From positions 517,603,644 through 517,667,643 of the forward strand of contig NC_133619.1 in NCBI RefSeq assembly GCF_048593235.1: a stretch of DNA of 64,000 bases, written 5' to 3'. The first letter of the stretch is position 1. The number at the start of each line of letters is the position of its first letter. Below the pieces are notes generated by a model. It was not told the origin of the DNA and ran no database searches. It saw only the letters and a program-made list of their open reading frames with translations. Positions 32,977 through 46,300 of the stretch are shown here, piece after piece. Both the position numbers and the translations under genes were made by a program. This DNA comes from Sminthopsis crassicaudata (Eukaryota).

Positions 32977-35363
32977 ATGATCTCCAAATCTTGAACTGTG
33001 CTCTGCTTCTCCTGTGCAGTAGAGCAGTGCCCCAGTTGATCTCTAAAATCTACCTCTAAAATGCAATGATTCTGTGAAGACTCGACAATACTCACCTTTA
33101 CCTATACAAAGACATTTCATCAGCACTCAGAACCCCCATCAATATCAGTAGATCTGAAAAGCTGACAGATTTGCCCACCTCCCAATGGAACCAAACAAGG
33201 CAGCTCTACCTATTTTCCTTTTTCTATCTCCCCATGCAACTCCTAGAAAACCAGAAATCAAGAGGTAAGGTAGAGCTAGAGTCAAAAGATAGAAATCAGT
33301 GCTATAGAATTTAAGGCTGCCTTCCAGGTCTAGGCCCTTCTTTTTTCCCCATTAATTTTGAAACTGATACTTAGTTGAAAATCTAGGACCAAACCCAGGG
33401 TATTCATTCAGTTGAAATATGGGAAGTTCATAGAACCTTGGCCCTTATCAGCTTTTTCTCCTTCCCACCTATGATGAGTTTTTGCATTTCAAAACTAAAG
33501 CATATGCTTTCCCCTATATTGTGCAGCCTTCTCTTTCCCCACAAAGCCCCTACTACCATTCAGTACATATTGATTGTCAGACTATGCAAAGGTGTCCCAG
33601 TCACTAAGGAAGAAGATATAACCCTATCCTTTAGAAGATAAACAGGAACTAAGAGAAAGCCTGTGCACTGTGATGGGCAGCCCTGATAAATGCACACACC
33701 TGTAGAGCTATACTGGGGACTGAAGGGACAAGGGAGAAAGAGAAAGCACCGGTTAGAGGAAGGAAGTGTTCCAACCATTTCTCCTTCCTCTATTTCTCCC
33801 TTCTCCCCAGGGATTATAGATGCAGATTCCCAAGAAATCTAAAGTCTGTTCTTCCAGCTACGTTTGTATATCTGACTATTCTAGGTCTACTACTAATCTT
33901 ATTCCTGAGTTCTAGAATAAGTACGAACCTGGGGAGAATCAGTAGCCAAAGAGCAGGAGACTAAGAGTTTCTGTTTGCTTCCCCCACTCTTAACCAAAGG
34001 AATTATTTTTTCCTTTATTGATATTCCTTTGTTGTTTTCCTTTGATATTCCTTTATGTTGTTTCTTTATGTTAATCTAAGGAATTGAGAAGGGACCAGAT
34101 TGACCCAAACGGAGGTTGGAGGGGGGATTTTTCTCCTTGATCTATGGGGAGCCCCGTAGGAGATGAACCCCTGGATCACTCTGTACTGTCTGGGCACTAA
34201 ATAGTCTTCAGTCCGGCGCCATGAGCCCATCCAGAAGAGAGCGGCTCATCTGAGCACATCTGATAGGGGGTCCAGTGAAGCAGACAAACACGTCTGGATC
34301 CAAAGGACCACCCAGGGCGGAATTTTCCAGGTCCGCGCCCCGACGCCTTTTCCATAGTTACCAGCAGAGGGAGAAGCAAGAAGACTTGGGGAAGCTGCTC
34401 TAGGCCCCACCCTGCCCAGCCCCTTCCAGGAGAGTCCCGCCCCAAGCATCTAAACCCCACCTCTGCCTCCCGAGCTGTAGCGCCTGAAATTGGGGTTCCG
34501 TCACTGCCCCGGGTCTGGCTGTGATCCCCAGTTGGGGTTTGCTCAGCAAAGATACGGAGCGGTTTGCCATTTCCTTCTCCAGTTCCTTTTACAGATGGAG
34601 AAACTGAGGCACAGTCAAGTGACTTGCCAGTAAATGTCTGAGCTCACAAAGACTGTCTTTCTGACTCTCTAACTGCTGTACCCAGGCTAGTGCCCAGCCT
34701 CCCGCAGACGGGCTGCGTAAAGCTCCGGGGGGAGGGAGCTGTCCCAGGGGGTGCGCGGGGAGCCCAGTCCCGCCCCCTCAGGGTCTGCACCTGGCCACGC
34801 CGCCCGCCTCCAGAGGCCACCCCTTCAGCCCGGCTCATTCTATCCCCGGGCCTCTAGCGAAACTTTCACGCGGGGACTCCCACAGACAGCTCCTCGGGAA
34901 ATCAGCCCCTCATTCCCTCGCCCTCTCCCCGGCCAGGACGCCCCGCAGAGACGGCCTCCCGGTCCCCACCGCTCGGTAACTCAGTTTGCCAAGTTCTCCC
35001 GAACTCCGCCATCCGTCCCCGGAACCTCCACGAGAGCCGGGCTCCAGGTGACAGCGCGGGCTCCGTCAGACTCGGGAGGGGAACGCTGCGGGGCCGTGGG
35101 GGTCCCTCCGGCTCTCCCACTCCTCGGGAGGGAAGGAGCTCCTTCCCGGAACTTGTTTTACTGGAAACACTCCTGCCTAGACTAAGTAAGGGGTGTGGTC
35201 CTTCCCCGAGCTGCGGGAGAGAGGGGATCACCTTACGGGCCCCGACCACCGCCGTCGCGGTCAGCCCGCGGCCTCCCCCTTCCGCGAACCTCCGTCTCCC
35301 CTCCCAGGGGCGCTCTTCTGGGTCCGGCCCAGCTCCCTCCATCCCCAGGACAAGCGCGCTTAC

Positions 35364-35422
35364 CGGGACTTCTCAGAGATCGAAGAGGATGCTTTCTGGC
35401 CCGAGACACCGACGGACAGGAC
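35364..35422 (-). other. TAGLN: TAGLN non-coding exon 1 (TSS approximate)
   Basis: Donor CCG|gtaagc at 35364/35363; lies ~28 nt downstream of the TTTTAAA box; resembles SM22 exon 1 (cccagccagcgccc). Confidence 0.8.
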
Positions 35423-35445
35423 AGGGCGCTGGCTGGGCCGGGGGG

Positions 35446-35705
35446 TTTAAAAGGTCGGTGGTGGCCCAATGATGTCAATCCCCTCCCCCCGCCGCCCCCC
35501 CAGACAGCCCGCCCCGCTGGGAGAGAACCAGCCCCTTCCCCACACCCCCGGTGACTCTCCTCACAGGCTCCATATTTGGGGAAAGACACCAAGACCGAGC
35601 AATCTGCCGGGGGCTGCCCGAGACATTCCCTGCGTGCTTGAGAGATGGAGCTGGGAAGGGGCGGAGCCGGGCTGATGACAGAGAGCCGGGGAAAGCCTTT
35701 TATAG
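35446..35705 (-). promoter_or_regulatory. TAGLN: SM22-alpha smooth-muscle promoter
   Basis: TATA-like TTTTAAA 35452-35446; perfect proximal CArG CCAAATATGG 35579-35570; distal CArG-like CTATAAAAGG 35705-35696; KLF CACCC 35540-35547; CAGAC Smad-type site ~35501; GC boxes. Confidence 0.9.
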
Positions 35706-36829
35706 ACAGGACTCTGCAGGCTTCCCCCGCTCGGGATGTTGGGGCTCCCTCCCCCCGCTTTGTTTACTTTCTCTGCTGTCCCCTTGGTATTGGCAGGGGG
35801 AGGGAGGCGAGAATCTGAGGGGAGCAGAGGGGTCTAACTTCTCCAAGGGTCAGCAAACCTCCGGAACTGTCCCCGGGCTATTCCATTTCTGTCTGGGGGA
35901 GTGGGCCGTGGGGAGCCGGCAAGGAGCCAGGTGGAGTGCAGTTTGGGAGTTAGGGTAGGTATCAGGGCCGGCTCCACTCTCCTTTGGGAGTTTTTAATGG
36001 AGATATGCCCTCCATACAGGGGGGAAAGATGAGGGGGCTGGAATTTAGGAGCTCCACAGTTATTGGACCAGTCCTCTGCTCCCCGGGACTCTTGCTCTGC
36101 CGCCTTGTCCCGGGCCACCTGAAGTCCTCCCCTGAGACTCCATCCTCGAAGGGATATGAAGTTGCGCCTGTAACGCTCCCAAACTCATATCCCTACTTCC
36201 TCACCCAGGACCCAACGGGGAGTCCATTCCCCAGGAAGATCCACCACCATTTCTGAGGACTCCCTTGGTCCTGGCCTCTGGAGTGCTTGGTGAGGCGGAT
36301 GGGTAGCTCTGGTCTGGAGTGAAACTTTCTGGTGGGGGTCATATTCTGTTTCCTCCATGGAACTCCACAGTTCCCCCACCACCACCTTGCTTCTTCCCTG
36401 GCACTAATAACCTCTCACTGGGCCCAGGCCATGGGACCATAAGGAAATGAATTTAGACTGCCTGGGATAATGGAGTCCAAGAACTCTGGACCTTGGCAAT
36501 CTCCTTCCAGGAGCTCTTTTTTCCCCTCTCGGCACTTCCTCCCTCAGGGAGTCCACTGCCTAATTCATGCATGGGAAGCAGCCCTGCCTGCCAAGCCGAA
36601 CTGGTGAGCACATTAAGAGTGACAGCAGCCGGTCACTGGGACTTCATGCTGGGGTAGGACCAGGAGAGGGATGGAGGAGATGCGGGGAGAGCATCTGGGA
36701 AGTTATTTGTTCTCGGCCCCCTTCCCTTTCTCATTCCTGTCTCAGGATCACAGCTCTCAGGGATGGAGCCCAACTTCCTTATTTTAGAGTAGTTGTTCTG
36801 GGAAATTCTTTGTTCTCCAAGAGGACCTG

Positions 36830-37272
36830 AATGTCTGGGAGGGGATGCCATGAATTGGATTTAGGTGAGGGAGGGCTGGGCAAGGTCCCCTGCCTCACTT
36901 TCCCAACTCCAGAACCTTCTGGGTCCAATGGCCAGATAAGAGACCTGATCTCTTTCAGCTATAGAAGATGGGAGCTGGGCCTGGATGCAGTGGAAGACCC
37001 TGGCCTTTTTAAGCTAAGGTCTCTAACAAGTCTCAGTTTGACTGAGGCTGTCCCAACTCAGTGATTAAGGCTAGGGAGCAATGGAGGCAAAGAATCTCCT
37101 CTTTCACCTAGTCCAAAAAAAAAAAAAAAAAAAAATCTGTTTAAATCTGGAAGGGACTCTGAGGGTTTCTAGCCAAAGCAGAAATGCTGCTGACCTTCAA
37201 TCTGAGTCATTCAGGATCCAAACAATGACCAAAAGAGGCTTGGCCTGGGGCCTATTGTTGGCCAATCCCTAA
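36830..37272. mobile_element. RTE-associated marsupial SINE (WALLSI-type); second copy at ~46495-47050
   Basis: The two copies share gaattggatttaag.gagggaggg...gtctcagtttgactgaggc...ttggcct.ggacctat; family name from memory. Confidence 0.65.
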
Positions 37273-37287
37273 GAATCAGAGTAGATG

Positions 37288-37720
37288 GGGTCTGTATCCC
37301 AAAGAGACATAAAAAGAGAAAGGGACCCAGGTACAAAAATGTGCATAGCACCCCTTTTGTGTTGGCCAGAAACTGGAAACTGAGTGGATGCCCATCAGTT
37401 GGAGAATGGCTGAATAAATTGTGGTATATGAATAGTACGGAAATTATTGTTCTGTAAGAAATGGCCAATGATTTCAGAGAGGCCTGGAGAGACTTACATG
37501 AATTGATGCTGAATGAAATGAGCAGGACCAGGAGATCGTTGTACTCAGAAACAAGATTTAGTGATGGTCAATTCTGATGGACGTGGCTCTTTTCAATAGC
37601 GAGGTGATTTAGGCTAATTCCAAAACTTGTGATAAAGAGAGCCAACTGCATCCAGAAAGAGGACCATGGGGACTGAATATGGATCTCAACATAGTATTTC
37701 CACCTTTTTGGGTTTTTTTT
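37288..37720 (+). mobile_element. Marsupial L1 ORF2 C-terminus / 3'UTR fragment
   Basis: gatgcccatcagttggagaatggctgaataaattgtggtatatg, characteristic of the L1 ORF2 end. Confidence 0.85.
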
Positions 37721-39021
37721 CAGTTGTCCTACTGAACCAGGAGCACCCTTGGTCAGGGGCTTCCCAGCCTGATGTATATAAGCAATCTACTAGCCAATTG
37801 CCAGGAGCTTACCAAACAAACTGACTTAAAGGGAGGATTAGGGGGTGGGTCACTGTCTGGGGGGGGGTCTCTTTAGAGCTCTGCCAGAAAAGGGACTTTT
37901 AAAACATCCCTCAGAAGCACAAATTGGAGGCATCCCGGGGAGGCCAGCCAGCACGGTCAGAGACTAGAGATCATACCATAAGAAGATTGGTTGGGAGGAG
38001 TAGTTGCCATACCAATAAAATTGTGGAACCTTCCAGAACGGATGCTGGGCCTGTGGTTAAAGATTCCCTGGGAATCTGGGCAGAAGTTTGCAAATGGACG
38101 GATTCTAGCTAACTTCACAGGGAAAAACTGCCCAAAGTTTAGAGGAGCAGATTCTGAATCACAAAAGGAAAACTCCTTAAAAAGGAGGAGTCCCAAAGTT
38201 GGATGAGCAGGCTGCTCAGGTGGAGGCTGTCCCTGGTACTGCAGGAGGAATTTATGGATGGGTAAGATTTAGACGTCGGACACTAAAAACTGTGGCTCAC
38301 CACTCTAATGGGACCTTGTAACTGAATGTGGGGGTTGCAAACTCATAACTTATGAATAAATATTTGATTTCTATCCATTTATATGTCTATATACCCAGGG
38401 TCATGTAAAATTTCTTTAGCAAAAAGGGATCAAGAGAGGAGAAAGTTTAAGTCTCTGGACTAAAGACTTCTGAGGTACTCCCAGCAAGCATTACTAAGAG
38501 TATGTGAATTTTGGGGCTAAGGAGGAAGCTGATAAGAAAAACAAAAAAGAAATCAGAGAACTTAAAAATATATTCCCCTACAATCAACACCAACCCAAAA
38601 CAGTTGAGGACTGGATGCAATGGGTATCTTTTGTCTGCTGTTCCATCCTGACTCTTTGTGAGCACATTTGGACTTTTCTTGGCAAAAGATACGGGAGTGC
38701 TTTGCCATTTCCTTCTCCAGCTCGTTTTACAGATGGGGAAACTGAGGTAGAGTGAGGTGACAGTTGTTAAATGTCTGAGGCCAGATTTTGGGCTCAGGTG
38801 GTCCTGACTCCAGGCCTGGCCCCGGTACCATCCAGCTGCCCACAGTGACTCTGGGGCCACCATCACCAGGTGATTCTCCTTCCCTTGGGGAAGACCTTGT
38901 CAGTGGTTTTCAAGCTGGCTTCTTCTTCCAGACCGGCCCCTCTAGCTTCTACCCAACTTCCCACTAGATCCAGTCCTGGACGGGCAAGCAAAAAAAGCCA
39001 GGAAGTGAATCTGCTCATTCC

Positions 39022-39027
39022 TTTAAT
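39022..39027 (-). terminator. SIDT2: SIDT2 polyadenylation signal ATTAAA (3'UTR ~39000-40296)
   Basis: First canonical-type hexamer I found on - after the stop; context ttttctatgaatgactgattgcattcaATTAAA resembles the SIDT2 3' end as I recall it. Confidence 0.65.
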
Positions 39028-39097
39028 TGAATGCAATCAGTCATTCATAGAAAACAGAGATTCCATCGTGATGTGGAAAATAGACATAAAACAGAGT

Positions 39098-39135
<38 letters not shown>

Positions 39136-39331
39136 ACCTCCAATGACTTCCCTGGGAAAACTGTAAGAACAAAGTTGGGAATCCTACATCATGAGGCCTA
39201 GCCCCTTTCTCTGTCTCTCTTCTCCCACAATGGCACCTGGATCAGGGAGGAAGGGCAACTGGGAGACAGCCAAGGCCAGTGGGAGGACCTGGCCCCGGCC
39301 GGAGTGTGAGCTAGACTCACTGTAAACGCCA

Positions 39332-39333
<2 letters not shown>

Positions 39334-39373
<40 letters not shown>
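39334..39373. repeat. (GT)20 microsatellite in the SIDT2 3'UTR
   Basis: Direct reading. Confidence 0.95.
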
Positions 39374-39374
<1 letters not shown>

Positions 39375-40296
39375 TGTCTGTGTCACATCCCCCCAAATAA
39401 AAGCCTGGAAGCCAGGCTCCAGATCCTACCTTGTGGGCCAAGAGCAAGCCCGTCCTTGCCCTGACTGCCCTAGGCACTGCAGGAGGCTGGAATGGCTCCT
39501 ATTCTTTGTAATCCTCCTGTCCCTGACCCTTGGTCTTGGGGCAAGCAATGGCACTGAGGGAAGCCCCCCTGGGAGTCGGCAGGCACAAGGGCACCAGGGG
39601 ATGGAAACTGAGGGAAGAGATAGCCTGAGAGATGCTTGATACTCAGTTCCAGGAGGCAGAGGCTATGCATCCAAGCTTTCTTCTTCATTTAAAAACAAAA
39701 AATCCCAACCCGCATAAGCAATCATCTCCCATGGAGCTGGTGGCAGGGAAATTGCTCTTAAGGGCCACGCCCCTTTCTTTACCCTCAGATGCCAGCCTCT
39801 CAGTTCTTCCCTCCACCCCCTTCAAGCAGATAAGCCCAGCTCAGGACAGCAGCTTGGAGGACCTGACCCTGGTTCACACACACACATATTAAAAGAACTG
39901 GAGCTGGACGGAAAATCAAGCCCTGACCCTCACCCAGAACTGCAGCAAAAAGGAGGATTTGGGGTTCCCAAACAGAGGGCTCCCCACAGGAGAAGGGAAG
40001 ATACTGTTCCTTCCCTTCCCCCATAGACAGGCTCTTTGAGAGGCCCAAACACTGAAGAGGAAGCAGCAAGTTTGGCCAAAGTTCAAATGGGCCTTGATGG
40101 CCCAGTCCCCCTTTTCCCCAGGTACAGCTACAAGGAGAACATGACTGTCCCCCAGAAATGTCCCAATGCCTTCCCAGGAAACCAGGCAAAAAAGGATGCT
40201 GTCGCCCTGAGGCACTGGGCAGCAGGTCCCCAACAGCCAGCCCCCCGCCCAGCCAGGCTCCTTCCAGGGCCCACAGGGAGGGGGTGCAGCCGCCCA

Positions 40297-40359
40297 CTAG
40301 AAGACGTAGATCTTGTCCCGCTGTACAGTATCTAAGTCATCATCCAGGGTCAGCAGCAC
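40297..40359 (-). CDS. SIDT2: SIDT2 exon 26 coding part ([20 protein letters not shown])
   Basis: tccag|; TAG 40299-40297. Confidence 0.95.
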   Translation of the reverse strand: MLLTLDDDLDTVQRDKIYVF

Positions 40360-43300
40360 CTGGAGGAAAAGCGAGAGAAGCTGGGCCAGAGCTCCAGCCC
40401 CAGGCCCACCCCTCTAGTCCCTACCACAGCCTCACAGAAACCAGGGGCAGACACTAAGGGGCAGACCCAGCCTGCTGAGCCGCAGCCACGGAGCTCAAAC
40501 CCACCATCCTCAAACTTGACCCCGACGATCCCTTCCCATTCCTTCAGAAAGGGGTAAACAATTACCAAGAAGGACCCAAACATGGCAATGGAGGAGAGGA
40601 AGTGCCAGATGTCATGGTCATCAAAGAAATTGAGCAGGATGCAGTCCCGATTGTGCTCTCTTGACTCGGCAGGAGTTTTCTGGGGAAGAAGGATAAAGAT
40701 GGGGAGAATCACCTACTGCCCTCTGCCCACAACTCTCTAGGCAGGGATTTCCTCCCATTTCAGTCAGCATTCTTCTAATTACCCAGGCTGGAAACCTTCG
40801 AACCAGACTCCTTCTCCCTCATTTTTCGTAGCCTATTCTTCTACAAGTATCAGATTCTTCTTCCCACCCCACACAGCATTCTTTCATGTTTACATTTTCA
40901 GTTTACTTATATGGATACATGCTGTTTTGTTCCCAAGAGAATGCATGCCCTGGCTTCTGCCATCTTCGTCTGTGTATTTAACTAGTGCTCCGAGTAATTA
41001 TTTTTGGTTTGGTCAATGGTTTCCCTGGTTAAGGTAAACACTGCTGACCAATGAGATCTACAGCTGGTTTTGTTCTGAACCCTGGAGCAGGAGTTGCCTG
41101 GGCCACTGCAAGACTATGTTGTGCCCAAAGTGGCAGAACCCGTATATGTCAGAGACAGGATGTGAGCCCAAGGTTTGCCCAGTCTGCCATGACGGATCTT
41201 TCCCACAAAGACCCAGAGATGAAGGAACTTTAAGAGTCCTTGAATTTGGCCTCCTTATTTTATTTACAGATGAGGAAACTGAGGTCCAAAATCATGCCCA
41301 GTATCATACAGCTAGTATCTGTGGTAGGATTTGAATCTGGATCTTCCTGATTCATTATACCATGACACCCTTTATCCATCAATCAATGAATAAATAGGTA
41401 TTTATTAAATTCCTATTATGTGGCAGGCATTGTGCTAGGTAAAGTAAAAGAATGGAACAATCCCTCCTCCCAATAACTTTACATTTTTTGTTTGTTTTGA
41501 AGGCAATCAGGGTTAAGTGTTTTGCTCTATCATTCTAATGAGAGAGACAAATACATATAAAAATATGTTCTACGTGAAGTTGAGAAACACACAGACACAA
41601 AGTCACAAATATTAGACAGCTTGAGAGGGAGACTCTTAGGAAGAATCATAAAAAGCTTCATGAAGAAGGTGCCTGAAATTCATCTTAAAGGAACAGACAG
41701 ATTCTCTGAGGCAGGGAGGCAGGAAGGAATGGAGGGAATCAAGACAAAGGAAGAGATATGGAAGATGGAGTGCCCCAAGGAAGGAACAGAGATATAAGAG
41801 ATGTAAGGTGCATTGGACAATGGGAAGATTGATTGAGGCTAAGTTTAAAGAAGGAGAGTTTACATTTTATGAGAGATAATAAATAGGAACTGAAATTAAT
41901 GGGAGGGAGGAGAGGAGTCACATGGTTAGATTGGTACTTAAAAAATTACTTTGGCCACAGCTTGGAGATGGACTAGAGTGGCAAAAGACCTGAAGTGACC
42001 AGTAAGGAAACTGTTGGAATAATCTGGCTGAGGGATGATGAGGATCTAAATTAAGGGGAGGATTGAGGGAGAACAATAATGAGTTCAAATCCACGCCACC
42101 GAGTCTAAGATGTCTCTAGGACAACCAGAATTGTGAAATGTCCAACAGTTGATTGGTGATATAAAAGTGAACTTAGGAGGGAAGGCCCTGACATTCAGGA
42201 AGAATCAGAAAAGGATCCACAAAGAAGTTGGCACCTAAAATTTATCTTCAAGGAACCAGCTGTGATCAGACTGGTGAAAGGAACATCAGGAGACAGGAGT
42301 GTGGAGAAAAGCCAGAGATAAGGGAGGAGAGGGGAGGTTAATAGGGTCAAGGGCAGCAAAGAGCTCGAGAAGGATTCGGATGAGAAGATACCGTCAGATT
42401 TAGCACAGAAGGTATTCCTGGGAATTTCAGGGTTACAGCTGACTGATTAAGTTCAGAAGCCAAGAGGAGACATGAGTGAGAGCACAAGAAGTAGAGGCAG
42501 AAAATCTGGATAGCTTTTTCAAGAAGTTTGGCTCAGAAAGGGAAGAGATTTGCAAGGAAATAGCTTGAAGGGATGGTAGGACCTAGTGAAGAATTTTTTT
42601 AATGGATGGGGTAGACTTGGATATGTTTGAAGGCAGCAAAGAAGGAACCAGTCGACAAGAGGTTGAAGATTTGAAAGATGAATAAGGATACAACTAGTGG
42701 AGAAGACAGGAAGGGATGGAACAGGAAATCAGCACGCTCTGTAGCTTGATAAATGCTTGGGTTACATTGAACACTTTTTCAATGTTTCTTTCCCATTCCA
42801 AATAAGATAAAACAAGAAAAAGAGATAAATTAAACATGGCTCCTACCCTCAAGAAGCCTAGGATGAGAGATGAAAAATGTACATAAATATATAAGATAGA
42901 ATAAAAATGCTCACTTGACCTCCTTGGCTTGAAGTAACATTTTTCTTTCTCTTTAAAATATACATTTTTTTCCAAAAATCTTTAGACATAATAAGCATGT
43001 TCCATTACTTTGTAGAAGTAAAATTTTCTAGTCCAGAGGAGTTTCTCTCCTCTGAGCTCCTCTGGTTCTTAAGGATCTAACCCTGACATCTGTTTGCCCT
43101 TAATATACACTGCCTTCCATTATGATATTTTTTCCTGGTGGAGACCCATTTTCTCTAGTTACCCTGAGGACGGGGACCATATCTAATCCCCCACATTCAT
43201 TCATTTACCCATTCAACACATTTAATATATAGTAAGCATCTACTATACAACAGGCATTATGCTAAGTGCTAAAGACAAAGATTTTCTGGTCCATGTCTCC

Positions 43301-46300
43301 AAGGATTTTACATTCTAATTGGGAATTCAACATGTACATGCAAATACATGCAAAATATATTGGCGATGGGGACAAATCAGTAAAGACCTCGAAGTAAAGG
43401 AATTGGAACTTGAAGTCAGAGATTCTAAGTATTAACAGTGAAGTGGAAAGCATTCCAGGCACAAGGTAGAGTCTTGGGTAAATGTGTGAGAATAGGAGAT
43501 AGAAAACTGCATAGAGGGAATAGCCAATAGGCCAATTTGACAGTGTTAGGCATCTAGTAAATGTACAGGGATACTGAGAATTACAGAACTGTAGACTTCT
43601 AGAGCTAGAAGAGCTCTTAGGGTTTAGCTTGTCCAATTCCTTCATGTTATAGAATCCCGGACTCGGGAAAACCCATGCTCAAATCTTTCCTCGGACCTGA
43701 GCAAGTCACCTAACCACCCAGCCTCAGTTTCCCCATCTGTAAAATTAAAATAATAAGGATTAAAGGAGATAATATATGTGAAGAATTTCACAAATATCAA
43801 ACTGCTGGAAACTGTTGTTGTTTGCTATTATAAACATGGACATGTATTCTAAAACAATAGACATATTAATATAGGTATGGGTGAGAAAAGACTGTTTACT
43901 CTTGTCTTTGATTAGCCTGATCAAGGTGTAAGGCTAATCAAAGACAAGAGTAAACACCAGAGCCCACATCTTGTTACTTGCTCCCTACTCCTAACTAACT
44001 CTTCATTCACTCACCTGCCAGGTACTGAGTCCCTGGAAAAAGAAGAAAAGGGCAAAACCCCACACCACAGAGGTACAGATGATGCAGAGGAGAGGGATGA
44101 GTTTGATCCTTTCCCCACTCCGGAGCTGAAGAGAAAAGCAATAGGAACAAAGTTGAGAGCAGTACCCACTTGAGCACCCAGGAGTCTGTGATCTAACCTT
44201 TTTGGCCCCTCTCCCAGAGTCCCTGTTTTTTGCACTCTTCCCTCTGAGCTTTCATCGAATAGTTTTTCCACATCTAGCAAAACCTGGCCCTTCGTTGTCC
44301 TTTTACAGCTCAGTTCCACATCTTATCTCCCCCAGAAAGCCCACACATTCACTCTCCCTTGTGTTCCCATGCCACGTGTCAACAGTATTCCTTGTTTCCA
44401 ACACTGGCCCCCATCTCCCCATCAGTTAACAACAAATCCTCCAAAAATAGGGACCATAGCTGATGAGGATCCTTCCACATCATCAGTGCTTAATTAAGAT
44501 CCTCAAACTCTCTCCTCACCACCTCCCACTCCTAGGCATTTAATGCGATGGAAGTTCCTCCAGGTAAGCCGGACTCCTACCTACAGCCAGGCCTTCAGGC
44601 TTCAGAACTAAGCTCCCAATACTGGACTTACTGATCTCTTCCTCCTCTGAACTCCTACTCCAATAACTATTTGTACCACTTAACTGGCACTTAGCATAGA
44701 TTGTCTTAACCTTAAATATTCTATGAATATTAAACCATGGTCCAAGAGACTAGAAGCCCTGATAGTCAGAGATCTTTTCTTAGCTTGCAGCTCTATCTTC
44801 CCACCAAACCTGTTGCAATTATGAATATAGAGGAATTAAAACACTAGGAAGGACTGGCATACAAGGGGCACCCATCACTCCTTCTCTCTCCCACCCTGCT
44901 GCACTACCTCAATGACCAGTTCAGGGCCTGCAATCTTGGTCCATTTTTATGTCAAAGTATTAAGAGATACACAATAATTAAGAGGAAGGAAATTCACTCC
45001 CTCATCCCTCCCACCCTTGACTTACCTTCATGATGATATAGAAAGCAAAGTAAAGAAGAAGGTTGCAGATGCCAATGGCTAGCAGGTAGGAAGCAAAATC
45101 ATTGGGACGCATGATGAGCCCATAGGCAGCACTGCAGGGAGAAAAGAGGGCTGAGAAGGCAGGGATCCACATCCATGCATCCAAACACCTGCTGTCTCCT
45201 TAGAATGTGGGACTGAGACAGGGTCACTGCTTAGCCCCCATGACTGATTGCCTCAAAACAGGAGGCAGCCAGGAGGATTTCAGAATGTCTGGTCTCTATC
45301 CATTTACAGGAGGGGAAGGAGCCCCTCTTCCCTGGGACCCAGGATGGAGGGAGTACAGTGCTCAGAGTGGAATAAGGGACCTTCTATCACTCCCCTAAGA
45401 AATCAGGAGAACAGGAAGAAGAGAGGTCCTGTTCTCTTCCTGGTTGCCACCTGCCCCCAGCCCTGAAAACTGCATATCGACTCACAGTGACCAGTTGATG
45501 ATGTTGCCCATAACCAGTAGCACCATTCGGTCCTAGAGAGAAGTAAACCCAGGGACAATGAGACAGAGTAAACCCAGGGATTACTTTAGTAGATAAAGAG
45601 CCTGTTCCTGCCTCAGACACTAGTTACGTGACTAATCATTTAACTTCTTTCTCAATTTTAGTTTCCTCGTCTGTAAAATGGGGGTAATGATAGCAATTAT
45701 CTGAATGAATGTAGGGATCAAATACGATAATGTAAAAGAGCTTTGGCAAATTTTAAAGCATACAGGTTGACTCAAAAGTACTTGTGCTTTTTAAAATAAT
45801 CTTTATTAGAACTTTAAATGGTACTAAGACTTTTGGAATACCTGTTAGCTATGGTTATTGTAATAATAATATTAACAACAACAACACGGATGGATAGAGA
45901 GAGGGGAAATGGGAAATAGAAGGCCCCAATTATCCAATCCTAACAAGTGCCCCCAAAGAGGCAGATATAAGGACAGAGGAGAGAAAAGGAAAGTAGAGCC
46001 TTAGTACATACCACGTACAGGGGCCCACTGCACTGCCGGATACAGTCTGTGTAAACCACATGAAGAATCCGGCGGAAGATCCCAGAATCTGCAAGAAGGG
46101 ACAAAATTTGTGTTGAAAGCAAGAAATTTGAAGCTGCAGAGCTGTATCCCTCCTCATACTCAAAGCCTATAACCTAAGTCCACAGTTAGGAGTCCCAACA
46201 GGCTCAGCCAATATTAAGACTTCCTGAGCAGTGGGGGCCAGGAAGGACAATAACAGTAACAATTTGTCTAATAATTTACATGGTACTTTGAGAGGCAGTG

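Noticed and set aside
34011-34070. ~24-nt tandem duplication (ttgatattcctt...) in TAGLN intron 1
   Set aside because: Ordinary slippage duplication in T-rich sequence
37755-38460. Possible hAT end plus LTR-like interior upstream of TAGLN
   Set aside because: Only one TIR-like end (~38425-38458) is visible and I cannot assign the interior; not annotated
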